Below, one piece after another: positions 31,670 through 41,134 of a stretch of 64,000 bases of DNA. How positions within the stretch are numbered: the first letter of the stretch is position 1; every line of letters begins with the position of its first letter. Below the pieces are notes generated by a model, which did no database searches, was not told the origin of the DNA, and was given only the letters and a program-made list of their open reading frames with translations. The DNA is taken from assembly GCA_965219685.1 (NCBI GenBank), contig CBDCOH010000002.1, positions 2,688,001 through 2,752,000 of the forward strand, given 5' to 3'. The translations under genes and the position numbers were made by a program. The DNA is from Candidatus Spongiisociaceae bacterium. GTDB lineage: Bacteria > Actinomycetota > Acidimicrobiia > Spongiisociales > Spongiisociaceae.

Positions 31670-32737
31670 ATGAACGAAATAAGGGTGGCGATCGTGGGAG
31701 TCGGCAACTGTGCCTCCTCCTTCGTGCAGGGGGTGGAGTTCTACCGGGACGCACCAGCGGACCAGACCATCCCGGGGCTGATGCACCCCGTGCTGGGCGG
31801 CTACCACATCGGGGACATCCGTTTCGTGGCTGCGTTCGACGTGGACGCGGCCAAAGTGGGCCAGGACCTCTCCAAGGCGATCACCGCGGGTCAGAACAAC
31901 ACTGTTTCGTTCTGCGATGTCCCCGACCTCGACGTGGCGGTGCAGAGAGGCCCGACCCTGGACGGGATCGGCGCCTACATCGCCGGGGTGGTGGAGGAGT
32001 CAGCGGCCGTCGAGGTGGATGTGGCAGAGGTGCTGCGCCAAGCCCGGGCAGATGTGGTGATCTCGTACCTGCCTGTCGGGTCGCAAGCGGCGACCGAGTA
32101 CTACGTGGAGCAGGCGCTGGCGGCGGGATGTGCCTTCGTGAACTGCATTCCGGTGTTCATCGCCCGCACCGATGAGTGGGCGGACCGGTTCCGGGAGGCG
32201 GGACTCCCGATAGTGGGCGACGACATAAAGTCCCAGGTGGGTGCCACGATCCTGCACCGGACCCTCGTGAACCTCTTTCAGGATCGGGGGGTGAAGGTGG
32301 ACCGCACCTACCAACTCAACTTCGGGGGCAACACCGACTTCCTCAACATGTTGGAGAGAAGTCGCCTCGTGTCCAAGAAGGAGTCCAAGACCAAGGCGGT
32401 CACCAGCCAACTCGAGACCCGCATGCCGGTCGAGGACATCCATGTCGGGCCCTCGGACCATGTTCCGTGGCTGACCGACCGCAAGTGGGCCCACATCCGG
32501 CTCGAGGGCACCTCCTTCGGCAACACCCCGTTGGATGTCGAGGTCAAGTTGGAAGTATGGGACAGCCCCAACTCAGCCGGGGTGGTGATAGATGCCGTCC
32601 GCTGCGCGAAGCTTGGTCTGGACAGGGGACTATCAGGTCCACTTTATGAAGCCAGTGCGTACTTCATGAAGTCCCCACCCCGCCAGATGCGGGACGGTGC
32701 AGCAAGGGAAGCAGTGGAGCGGTTTATTCGTGGATAG
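31670..32737 (+). CDS. ino1: Inositol-3-phosphate synthase
   Basis: [13 protein letters not shown]...SYLPVGS...[12 protein letters not shown]...[13 protein letters not shown]...WDSPNSAG. Confidence 0.96.
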   Translation: MNEIRVAIVGVGNCASSFVQGVEFYRDAPADQTIPGLMHPVLGGYHIGDIRFVAAFDVDAAKVGQDLSKAITAGQNNTVSFCDVPDLDVAVQRGPTLDGIGAYIAGVVEESAAVEVDVAEVLRQARADVVISYLPVGSQAATEYYVEQALAAGCAFVNCIPVFIARTDEWADRFREAGLPIVGDDIKSQVGATILHRTLVNLFQDRGVKVDRTYQLNFGGNTDFLNMLERSRLVSKKESKTKAVTSQLETRMPVEDIHVGPSDHVPWLTDRKWAHIRLEGTSFGNTPLDVEVKLEVWDSPNSAGVVIDAVRCAKLGLDRGLSGPLYEASAYFMKSPPRQMRDGAAREAVERFIRG

Positions 32738-32747
32738 CGGCTGGCGG

Positions 32748-33002
32748 ATGGTGAATGGTGAATGGTGAATGGTGAATGGTGAATGGTGAATGGTGAATGG
32801 TGAATGGTGAATGGTGAATGGTGAATGGTGAATGGTGAATGGTGAATGGTGAATGGTAGACACAGCACGTAGATGCATAGTTTCAAGCTGTACCGCGAAT
32901 GCGATTGCCCTCCCCTCGGTGGCCCGCTCGAACTCGGACAGCCCTTGTCGACACCGGGGAAACTATGTGAACTGGCTCTAACCGTCGACTAACAACTAAC
33001 AA
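32748..33002. repeat. Bipartite heptamer array: perfect (ATGGTGA)x15 left arm and CTAACCG...(CTAACAA)x2 right arm
   Basis: Left 32748-32857 is 10 bp after the ino1 stop; right 32978-33002 overlaps the stop of the convergent Mo enzyme. Confidence 0.93.
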
Positions 33003-35302
33003 CTGATGATCGGTGGGGGAGCGAAGGCGGAGTGGATGGGGACCTCTCCCAGCCACTTCTCAACGCGGACCAGGCAGGTGTGGGCGGCGGGCCCTTGCGC
33101 CAAGCTGGACGTTCCGAGATCGGATGTGAGGGCATTGGGATTGCCGTGAAGGCAGGTGCGATCGAGATCCGGCTCGGGTCCGGGCGAGTACCAGGCGCCC
33201 GTCGCCAACTCCACCACGCCCCTGCGAAGCCGATCCGTAGTCGAGACCCCTGCCAGGCACGCTCCCCTGGCGTTGAAGACCCGCACGACATCGCCCGCCT
33301 CTATGCCGCGCACGTCCGCGTCGTCGGGATGCATGCGGATCGACTCGAGACCGGCGATCTTGGCTCTCCGACTTGTCGACCCGTGGTCCCACTGGCTGTG
33401 GAGCCGGGTCCGGGGCTGGTTGGACACGAGGTGAAGGTCGAGTTCGCCGGCCTCGCCCAACCACTCTCGCGGCGCCATCCAGGTTGGATGGGGTGGGCAG
33501 TCGTCGTATCCGAATCCGGCAATCGCCGACGAGTACAACTCGATGCGGCCCGACGGGGTAGACAGCGGGTGGCGCTCCGGATCCTCGCGGAAGTCCTCTA
33601 GCAGGATCCGCTTGGGCTGATCACCCGCATACCGCCGGTCCAGGAACCCTGCTTCCCAGAACTCCTCGAACGCGGGGCAACCCGGCTCACGCTGCCGCAG
33701 CTTCTCGTAAAGATGCCGTACCCATTGATCCGAGGTCCGTCCCTCGGAGAAACCGTCACCAACTCCGAGCCGGTCCGCCAGCCCGCCGAAGATCTCGTAG
33801 TCGTTCCGGGCTCCACCCACCGGGGCGAGGGCCTGCTGGATGGCGAAGATATGAGTGTCGGTAGGAGCTCCGCCCAGATCGTTCCGCTCGAGCGCAGTCG
33901 TAGACGGTAGGACCACGTCGGCGTGCTTGGCCGTCGCCGTCCAGAAAGGCTCGTTGACGACCACCGTGTCCGGACGCTGCCAGGCCGTGCGTAGCCGGTT
34001 CAGGTCTTGGTGGTGATGGAAGGGGTTCCCTCCTGCCCAGTAGACCAGCCGGATGTCCGGGAAGGTGTAGGTGCCGCCGTCGTACGTGAACTCGTCGCCT
34101 GGATGGAGCAGCATGTCGGAGATGCGCGCCACCGGTATGAACGAGTCGATCGGCCGCCTCCCCCAGGGAAGGAAGGGAAGCCATGAGTTCGTTGATCCGT
34201 TACCGACCGAGGCCATCGCCCCGTACCCGATGCCGAGACCTCCACCAGGAAGGCCGATCTGGCCGACCGCCGCCGCAAGGGCGATGGCCGCCCAGATCAC
34301 ATGCTCGCCGTGGTGGGACCTCTGGAGTGACCAACTGACGTTGATCATCGATCGCCGCTCGACCAGCGAGCGGGCCAACGACCGGATCTCGGAAGGGCGG
34401 ATCGTGGTGATGCCGGAAGCCCACTCGGCGTCCTTGGCGATCCCGTCCTCGGAGCCGGTTACGTAGGCGGCGAGGGCGTCCCAACCGGTGCAGTGGTCGC
34501 GAACAAAAGCGCGGTCGTAGGAGCGGTCGGCTATGAGCGTGTGGATGAGCGCCAGCATGAGAGCGATGTCGGTACCCGGCCTGATGGGCACCCAGGCCGG
34601 CCGGAGCGAATCTCCCAGGTCGTCGGCTATGGGTGAGACGTTGACAAAACGCGCACCCCCGTCCGCCCAGCGGCGCAACCAGCCTCGGAGTTCATGACGG
34701 CCTACCCCTCCGTGCTCGATCTGGGCGTTCTTGAGAGGGATGCCCCCGAAGGCCACCACCAGTTCGGTGCTCTCTGCGATCACATCCCAGGAGGTAAGCG
34801 CGTTCTGGAAGCGCCACCAGCCGAGCCCGAGCACATGGGGCAGGATGACCTCGGCAGCAGCGAGGCTGTACGTGTTGACCGACCGCGTGTACCCGCCGAT
34901 CGAGTTCATGAACCGGTGAAGCTGGGTGGGCGCATGGTGGAAGCGGCCCGCACTGGCCCAGCCGTACGAGCCCGCATAGATGGATTCGTTGCCGAACTCC
35001 GTCCGCACGCGGTCCAATTCGGCAGCCACGAGATCGAGCGCACGGTCCCATCCGAGCTCCACGAACCTGTCTTTCCCGCGCCTCTCGGGAGCAGTCCCCG
35101 GCCCACCTTCCAGCCAACTCTCCCTCACCGACGGCATCCTGACCCGGCACCGCTCCACACCGACCATCGAGTACCCGATCGGGGAAGGATCCGGGTCGTC
35201 CCTAAACGGTCGCACCGCGCGAATGGACCGTCCCTCGGTCTCCACCTCGTAGGCACCCCAATGGGTGAGGGTCAAGGTCGAGTTTCGTTTCGCATCGCTC
35301 AA
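32996..35302 (-). CDS. Molybdopterin oxidoreductase, BisC/TorA (DMSO reductase) family, apparently cytoplasmic
   Basis: THWGAY...SYGWASAGRFH...TYSLAA...WAGGNPFHHHQD...RLHSQ; no twin-arginine signal seen. Confidence 0.92.
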   Translation of the reverse strand: MSDAKRNSTLTLTHWGAYEVETEGRSIRAVRPFRDDPDPSPIGYSMVGVERCRVRMPSVRESWLEGGPGTAPERRGKDRFVELGWDRALDLVAAELDRVRTEFGNESIYAGSYGWASAGRFHHAPTQLHRFMNSIGGYTRSVNTYSLAAAEVILPHVLGLGWWRFQNALTSWDVIAESTELVVAFGGIPLKNAQIEHGGVGRHELRGWLRRWADGGARFVNVSPIADDLGDSLRPAWVPIRPGTDIALMLALIHTLIADRSYDRAFVRDHCTGWDALAAYVTGSEDGIAKDAEWASGITTIRPSEIRSLARSLVERRSMINVSWSLQRSHHGEHVIWAAIALAAAVGQIGLPGGGLGIGYGAMASVGNGSTNSWLPFLPWGRRPIDSFIPVARISDMLLHPGDEFTYDGGTYTFPDIRLVYWAGGNPFHHHQDLNRLRTAWQRPDTVVVNEPFWTATAKHADVVLPSTTALERNDLGGAPTDTHIFAIQQALAPVGGARNDYEIFGGLADRLGVGDGFSEGRTSDQWVRHLYEKLRQREPGCPAFEEFWEAGFLDRRYAGDQPKRILLEDFREDPERHPLSTPSGRIELYSSAIAGFGYDDCPPHPTWMAPREWLGEAGELDLHLVSNQPRTRLHSQWDHGSTSRRAKIAGLESIRMHPDDADVRGIEAGDVVRVFNARGACLAGVSTTDRLRRGVVELATGAWYSPGPEPDLDRTCLHGNPNALTSDLGTSSLAQGPAAHTCLVRVEKWLGEVPIHSAFAPPPIISC

Positions 35303-35405
35303 GACGTCGGTCCTCCGACTGCTGGAAGCATCCCACGACCGGCCCCAGGCCGGCTGGGCAACCGTCCCAAACCCTACCGAGGCCCGCTCGTCACAGATGG
35401 AAATC

Positions 35406-36176
35406 TCACTCCGGCGTGACGTAGGCGGCGGTTATCCCCCCGTCGACCATCAGGTTGGCGCCGGTGACATAGGAGGACTCATCCGACGCCAGGAACAGGG
35501 CCGCGGCGGCCACCTCGTTCGCTTCGCCGAATCTCCCCATGGGTACATGGACGAGCCGCCGCTGCCTCTTCTCCTCCGTGTCGAGGAAGGACATCAGCAA
35601 TTCGGTGCATAGCGGCCCGGGCGAGAGTGCGTTGATCCGGATGTTCTCCCGGGCGTGGAGAACCGCCAGCTCACGGGTCAGGGAAAGCACCGCGCCCTTC
35701 GAGGCCGTGTATGCGATCTGCGGGGTGGCCGCACCCATGGAGGCCACGAAGGAGGCCGTGTTGATGATGGAGCCGCCGCCCGAGCGCCGCATGGCGGGGA
35801 CCGCGTGCTTGCAGCCATAGAGGACACCCTTGAGGTTGACGGCCAGCGTCTTGTCGATCGTCTCCTCGCTGGTGGAGACGGCGCCGGCGTCGTCGGCGAG
35901 CATGACGCCGGCGTTGTTGAACGCGATGTCGAGCCGTCCGTACGCCGCCTCGGCGGTCCCTACCGCACGGGCGACCTCGCTGTCAACGGACACGTCGGCG
36001 CGCACCGCAGTGGCCTCGCCTCCGTTGCTTCGGATGATCTCGACGGTCTCATGGTTGTCGTCCGAAATGTCGGCCGCCACGATCCTGGCGCCCTCCTCGG
36101 CGAAGAGAACGGCAGCGGCCCGTCCGATGCCGCTGGCCGTTCCGGTGATGAACGCCACCTTCCCGTCGAGTCTCAT
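35406..36176 (-). CDS. SDR family oxidoreductase
   Basis: ITGTASGIG...FNNAG...QIAYTASKG...RRLVHVPMGRFG. Confidence 0.93.
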   Translation of the reverse strand: MRLDGKVAFITGTASGIGRAAAVLFAEEGARIVAADISDDNHETVEIIRSNGGEATAVRADVSVDSEVARAVGTAEAAYGRLDIAFNNAGVMLADDAGAVSTSEETIDKTLAVNLKGVLYGCKHAVPAMRRSGGGSIINTASFVASMGAATPQIAYTASKGAVLSLTRELAVLHARENIRINALSPGPLCTELLMSFLDTEEKRQRRLVHVPMGRFGEANEVAAAALFLASDESSYVTGANLMVDGGITAAYVTPE

Positions 36177-36438
36177 AGCGGTTCCTTCCGCTCGGCTTCA
36201 GGTCCGGCGTCTCCCGGCGTCTGCCACCGCATCATCGCTAACGCGAGAGGGTATTCAACGGCGCTCGATCATGCATCACCGGAGGGCACCGACCGAGCCG
36301 GCGGTAACCTTGCCGAGCGGCTACCGGTTGTAGTGGACGGCGGACCACACACTGCCGCTCGACCCGGTTCCGTGACCGTGATCGATCGAAGGGAACGCCG
36401 TCCGCGCAACGCGGCGGAAAAGGTGGAGACGAGCATTG

Positions 36439-37236
36439 ATGGGCGCATTCGACAAGTCTGCCATCGACAAGGACGCGCGGCAGTACGCCACCAGGGTGAG
36501 GAAGGGCGAGGTGGCCCGGTACGTGCTGCTGCCGGGAGATCCCGCCCGCGTCGACCGGATCGGGACCCACCTCGATGATGTGACCCCGGTGGCGAACAGC
36601 CGGGAGTTCCATACGATCACGGGTTCCTACAAGGGCATCCCGGTCAGCGCTACCTCCACCGGTGTCGGTTGCCCGTCGGCCTCGATCGCCGTCGAGGAAC
36701 TCGCCAACGCGGGCGCCACCCACTTCATCAGGGTGGGCAGTACTGCCGCACTCCAGCCACATATCCGGACCGGAGACATCGTCATCAACACGGGTGTCGT
36801 CCGCAACGACGGTACGACCCGAGCCTACGTTCCCGACACTTACCCGGCCATTGCCGATCACTTCCTCGTCCACGCCCTCATAGAGACGGCTCGGGACCTC
36901 CGCTCGGAGGCAGGGTTCGAGATGCACATCGGCCTGGGCGCATGCGACGACGCATTCTACGCGGAGACTCCGGAGTGGATCGAACGCCATTCCCGCCTCG
37001 GGCTGCTGAACATCGAGATGGAGAGTTCCGCCATCTTCACGGTGGCTCAGCTCCGTGGCGTCCATGCGGCGATGGTGTGCGGTGTGTCCGGCAGCCTGGT
37101 GGTGGCCGACTTCGACTACGACCGGGGAGAGCACGGCAACCAGCGCCTGGTGGCAGCCTGGGAAAACGCGATCGCGATCGCCCTGGAGGCGGTCCTCCGG
37201 TACGACGCGGAGTACTCCGCGCCCCTCCCGGCATGA
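36439..37236 (+). CDS. Nucleoside (uridine-type) phosphorylase
   Basis: VLLPGDPARV...SREF...STGVGCPSASIAVEEL...IRVGST...NIEMESS. Confidence 0.92.
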   Translation: MGAFDKSAIDKDARQYATRVRKGEVARYVLLPGDPARVDRIGTHLDDVTPVANSREFHTITGSYKGIPVSATSTGVGCPSASIAVEELANAGATHFIRVGSTAALQPHIRTGDIVINTGVVRNDGTTRAYVPDTYPAIADHFLVHALIETARDLRSEAGFEMHIGLGACDDAFYAETPEWIERHSRLGLLNIEMESSAIFTVAQLRGVHAAMVCGVSGSLVVADFDYDRGEHGNQRLVAAWENAIAIALEAVLRYDAEYSAPLPA

Positions 37237-38348
37237 ATGTGAACGACGGAGCAACTCCGCACGACCTGGACGCCTTCATCGAGGAGATGCCCAAGGCCGA
37301 ACTGCACGTTCATCTCGAAGGGACGATGCAGCCATCCACAGCAGTCGAGTTGGCCGCACGCCACGATCTGACCCAGACCCTTCCCACCACGGATCCGGAG
37401 CGACTGTCCGGGTGGTTCGAGTTCACGGACTTCGCGGACTTCATTCGCGTGATCGTCGCCTCGCAGAACCTGATTCGTACATCCGATGATTTTGCGCTGG
37501 TCACCTACCAGGCCGGCGCCGACATGGCTCGGCAGAGCATCCGCTACCGGGAATTGACCGTCTCCCCGTACAACCACACCCACTACTTCGACAAAGGGCT
37601 ATCTTTCCGCGACCTCCTCAACGGCCTGGAAGAGGGACGGAGGAGCGTCAGAGCGGACTTCGGCGTGGAGATACGCTGGGTGTTCGACATCGGCCGAAAC
37701 CTCTGTTTCTCCGGCCCCGACCGTGCGTACGATCCCGAACCGGCCGATACGACCCTGCGTTACGCACTCGCCGGACGCGAGTACGGGGTGATCGGATTGG
37801 GCATAGGCGGCGACGAGGAGGGCCGCCCTCCGGAACCGTTCACCCATGCTTTCCGGGCGGCGAAGCGGGAGGGTCTCGCAAGCGTGCCTCACGCCGGGGA
37901 ATCGCTGCGGGATTGGAGTGCGGACCACGTAAGGGGATCGATCTACGCCCTTGGAGCCGACCGGATCGGGCACGGGGTCGGGGCGATCAGGGATCCCCAC
38001 GTCCTCGCCCTCCTGCACGACCGGGCCATTCCCCTGGAAGTGTGTCCCACCAGCAACCTCAAGACCCGTGTGTGCCGCGATCTCCGCCTGCATCCCTTCC
38101 CCCATCTCGACGCCATGGGACTGACCCTCACGGTCAACAGCGACGACCCTCCGTTCTTCGGAACCACGCTGACCGACGAGTACAGGCTCCTGGCCACTGA
38201 GTTCGGTTACGGACCCGAGGACCTCGTGCGGATCGCCCGCAACGCTTTCGTATCGGCCCTATGCGGGCCTGCCCTACGCCGGGCCCTCCTCGATGAGTTC
38301 GACGCGTGGGTTCGTGAGCACACCATGGAGGCAAGCCCCGAGAATTGA
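37233..38348 (+). CDS. add: Adenosine/adenine deaminase
   Basis: PKAELHVHLEG...HAGE...RIGHG...VCPTSN...NSDDP; ATGA overlap with the upstream stop. Confidence 0.92.
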   Translation: MNVNDGATPHDLDAFIEEMPKAELHVHLEGTMQPSTAVELAARHDLTQTLPTTDPERLSGWFEFTDFADFIRVIVASQNLIRTSDDFALVTYQAGADMARQSIRYRELTVSPYNHTHYFDKGLSFRDLLNGLEEGRRSVRADFGVEIRWVFDIGRNLCFSGPDRAYDPEPADTTLRYALAGREYGVIGLGIGGDEEGRPPEPFTHAFRAAKREGLASVPHAGESLRDWSADHVRGSIYALGADRIGHGVGAIRDPHVLALLHDRAIPLEVCPTSNLKTRVCRDLRLHPFPHLDAMGLTLTVNSDDPPFFGTTLTDEYRLLATEFGYGPEDLVRIARNAFVSALCGPALRRALLDEFDAWVREHTMEASPEN

Positions 38349-38449
38349 TTCCTCCCTGGATGGCTCCGTCAGCCGGAGTCGTCGTGGACGAGACGAACGG
38401 TGTCCCGGGCGATCAGCGACTCCTCGTCGGTGGGTATCACCCAGATGTC

Positions 38450-39799
38450 GGCCCTGCGCGGAAATGTGGGATGGGTGGGTTGAAATCCTTGGATTGGGGG
38501 TGAGGCCCCGCTGGAATCGGTGAAGACCAAATCGCCGAATCCCAGGAGGGGCCTCGATGTCTGATGTTATGTCTGTTCGTCTGCACTTGTCGGGTGTTCG
38601 CGTTAAGGGGGTGCCGGTCGATTCCGTTGATCGCCTCGAGGTTGAGGTGGAATCGACCAGGGAGTGGTCCCGGTGTCCTCATTGTGGGTTCCGCTGCTCC
38701 AAGGTGTGGGACCGGCGAGCGAAGCGGGTTCGTGACTTGGAGGTGAGCGGCCGGCGCACGACTCTGGTGTGGCGTCGCCGCCGGTTCTGGTGTGGTAACT
38801 GTGAGGAGCGGCACCTGGAGGACCACGACCAGTTCCGGGCGGGGTTGACTCGCCGGTTCGCGCAGCGTCTTGTTCAGGACGCCAGGCGGATGTCGATTAG
38901 GGCGGCTTCCCGTCATCACGGGGTGGGTTGGCATCGGATCATGGGCCTGGTGAGAGCTGAGGCGGCTCGGGTAGCGAAGCGTCGCCGCTCCCGACCCTGT
39001 CGGGTGTTGTTGGTGGACGAAACGTCGATCCGGCGCCGGCATCGTTATGTGACCGTGGTTGCTTGTGGCGACACCGGCAAAGTGTTGGCGATGATCCCAG
39101 GCCGGACGAAAGCGTCTCTGACCAGGTTCTTCAGAGACCAGGGGGCATGGTGGTGTCGGCAGGTGGAGATCGTCGTCTCCGACGGATCACGCTCATACCA
39201 GGCAGCCATCGCCCAGTACCTGCCCGACGCCCGCCACGTCCTCGACCGGTTCCACGTCGCGCGGTGGTTTACCGAAGGCTTGACCCTGGTACGCCGTGAA
39301 CTGCAACGCCGCCCCCCAGATCAGCGGCCCCCCACATACGAGCCGGACCTTTTCCGAGCCCGGTTCACCCTCCTACGGCGGGCGGATCATCTCACAGACG
39401 GGCACCACAAGCACCTCGACCGCCTATTCGACGCTCACCCCCGGCTCCGCACCGCCTGGGACGCTCTCCAAGAGCTCTACCAGCTGTACCAATCCGAAGA
39501 CCTCGACGGCGCCAACCAGGCGCTGGGGCGGTTCGCCGACCTCTACGCCACCGGTCAGATCCCCGAATACCACGACATCGTGGACACCATCATCGCCTGG
39601 GGAGAAGAGATACTGGCCTACCACCGCAGCAGACGAGCAACCAACGGACCCATCGAAGGAATCAACAACCTGCTCCAAGTCCTACGCCGCGTCGCTCACG
39701 GGTTCACCAACACCAACAACTTCGCAGCCCGAGGAATCCTCGTAACATGACCCACCACACCGACCACAGCGCCCAAAACCCACGAAATCGCGAAGCCTC
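38450..39799 (+). mobile_element. ISL3-family insertion sequence, 1350 bp, 8-bp target duplication CAGATGTC
   Basis: CAGATGTC at 38442-38449 and 39800-39807; imperfect terminal IRs GGCCCTGCGCGGAAATGTGGG / GAGGCTTCGCGATTTCGTGGG. Exact ends are uncertain by 1-2 bp. Confidence 0.9.
38557..39750 (+). CDS. ISL3-family transposase
   Basis: CPHCG...CGNC zinc finger; VDETS; SDGS; LDRFHV; TNGPIEGINN. Confidence 0.95.
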   Translation: MSDVMSVRLHLSGVRVKGVPVDSVDRLEVEVESTREWSRCPHCGFRCSKVWDRRAKRVRDLEVSGRRTTLVWRRRRFWCGNCEERHLEDHDQFRAGLTRRFAQRLVQDARRMSIRAASRHHGVGWHRIMGLVRAEAARVAKRRRSRPCRVLLVDETSIRRRHRYVTVVACGDTGKVLAMIPGRTKASLTRFFRDQGAWWCRQVEIVVSDGSRSYQAAIAQYLPDARHVLDRFHVARWFTEGLTLVRRELQRRPPDQRPPTYEPDLFRARFTLLRRADHLTDGHHKHLDRLFDAHPRLRTAWDALQELYQLYQSEDLDGANQALGRFADLYATGQIPEYHDIVDTIIAWGEEILAYHRSRRATNGPIEGINNLLQVLRRVAHGFTNTNNFAARGILVT

Positions 39800-40986
39800 C
39801 AGATGTCGGTGGGACTCCCGTCGGAGGCGATCGACCGCTCTCCCCCACCGCGGTTGCGAACGGGATCCACCACCAGGCCCAAGTGCTCCAGACCTTCCAA
39901 GACCATCGAACGGACCTCGCCGCTGTTCTCACCGATCCCTCCCGAGAAGACCACTCCGTCGCAGGGACCGACCTGCGCAATGAAGGCGCCCAGATACCGG
40001 CGGACCCGGTGGACGAAGGCTTCGATGGCCAGGGAGGCAGATCCCTCACCGGCCCGGGCAAACTCGGCCACCCGGCGGAAGTCAGCGGAGAGCCCGCTGA
40101 GGCCGCGCAACCCTCCCTCCCTCTCCAGGCCGTTGCGGATCTCGGCAGCCGGAAACCCCGCCTCCATCAGGTGGAAGACGACCGCCGGATCGATGTCTCC
40201 GCTGCGCGTGCCCATCACCAGCCCTTCCAGGGGAGTCATCCCCATCGAGGTGTCGACAGCCCGACCTTTCCGGACCGCGCACGCGGAGGCCCCGGCGCCG
40301 AGATGGAGCGACACCAGGTTAGGTCGGGGCTTGTCCCAGATCCTCGCGGCCCGCTCGGCCAGGTAGCGGTGGCTGATCCCGTGGAATCCGTAGCGCCGCA
40401 CTCCGTGATCTCGCCACCAGTGGGTGGGTACCGCGTAGCGGTAGGCGTGAGGCGGCAGCGTCGTGAAGAAAGCGGTGTCGAACACGGCCACACCCATTGC
40501 CGCGGGGAGGAATTCTCCGGCGGCTCGGATGCCGGCTAGGTTGGCCGGGTTGTGGAGAGGGGCGAGGCTCGCCAGGGTGTCGATCGCTTCGATCACCGGG
40601 CTGTCGATCATCACGGACTCCGTGAAGCGTTCGCCGCCATGTACGACCCGATGTCCCACCGCCGTGATCTCGTTCAAGCGGCCGAGCGCCGGGGGCGATC
40701 CGATCTCCATGAGCGCCTCTAGGAGCCGTCGCACGGCAAGGCGGTAGTCGCGGACCTCTGCCTCGACCGTGGCCTCCCGGTCACCCACGCGATGCCGGTG
40801 CCGACCCCGGCCGGTACCCACTTCCTCGATGATGCCCGCCGCTAGGGAGCGCTCCGCTCCCGGCCCGTACAGCCTGTACTTGACCGATGAACTCCCGCAG
40901 TTGATGACAAGTATCCGCATGAACTCCTCGACCGATGCAGCCCGTTCTGCTCAAACTACCGGCGAGAGTCCGCATCTCCCGGACGC

Positions 40987-41131
40987 GGTGTCTGGATGTC
41001 CGATGTCGGTTGTCCGATGTACGTCGTCGGTTGTCCGATGTCGGCACTCACTCAGCTACCGGGGAGGGTTCCGACCACGAATCGACGAGGCGTGATAGCC
41101 CTTACCGGCAACCGGCAACCGGCAACCGGCG
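40987..41131. repeat. Bipartite heptamer array: degenerate (SGWTGTC)x8 left arm and (ACCGGCA)x4 right arm
   Basis: Left 40987-41042; right 41104-41131 next to the hybrid kinase stop (41135). Confidence 0.88.
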
Positions 41132-41134
41132 ACG

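Larger units (their letters stand above)
38369..40920 (-). pseudogene. ackA: Acetate kinase interrupted by ISL3 about 24 codons before its stop
   Basis: MRILVINCGSSSVK...HRVVHGG...APLHNP...RRYGFHGISH...TPLEGL.MGTRSGD to SPTDIW (to ~39800); the remainder VIPTDEESLIARDTVRLVHDDSG* lies at 38369-38440 beyond the IS. Confidence 0.92.

Noticed and set aside
32633-32886. Small ORFs with (FTIHHSP)n repeats
   Set aside because: Translations of the heptamer array, overlapping ino1 antisense.
36669-37232. N-terminal extensions in the ORF track for add (also tuf, rplA, nuoH, nuoM, permease 2, MidA methyltransferase)
   Set aside because: They overlap upstream genes or tRNAs; downstream starts with an SD or stop-start coupling fit family lengths better.
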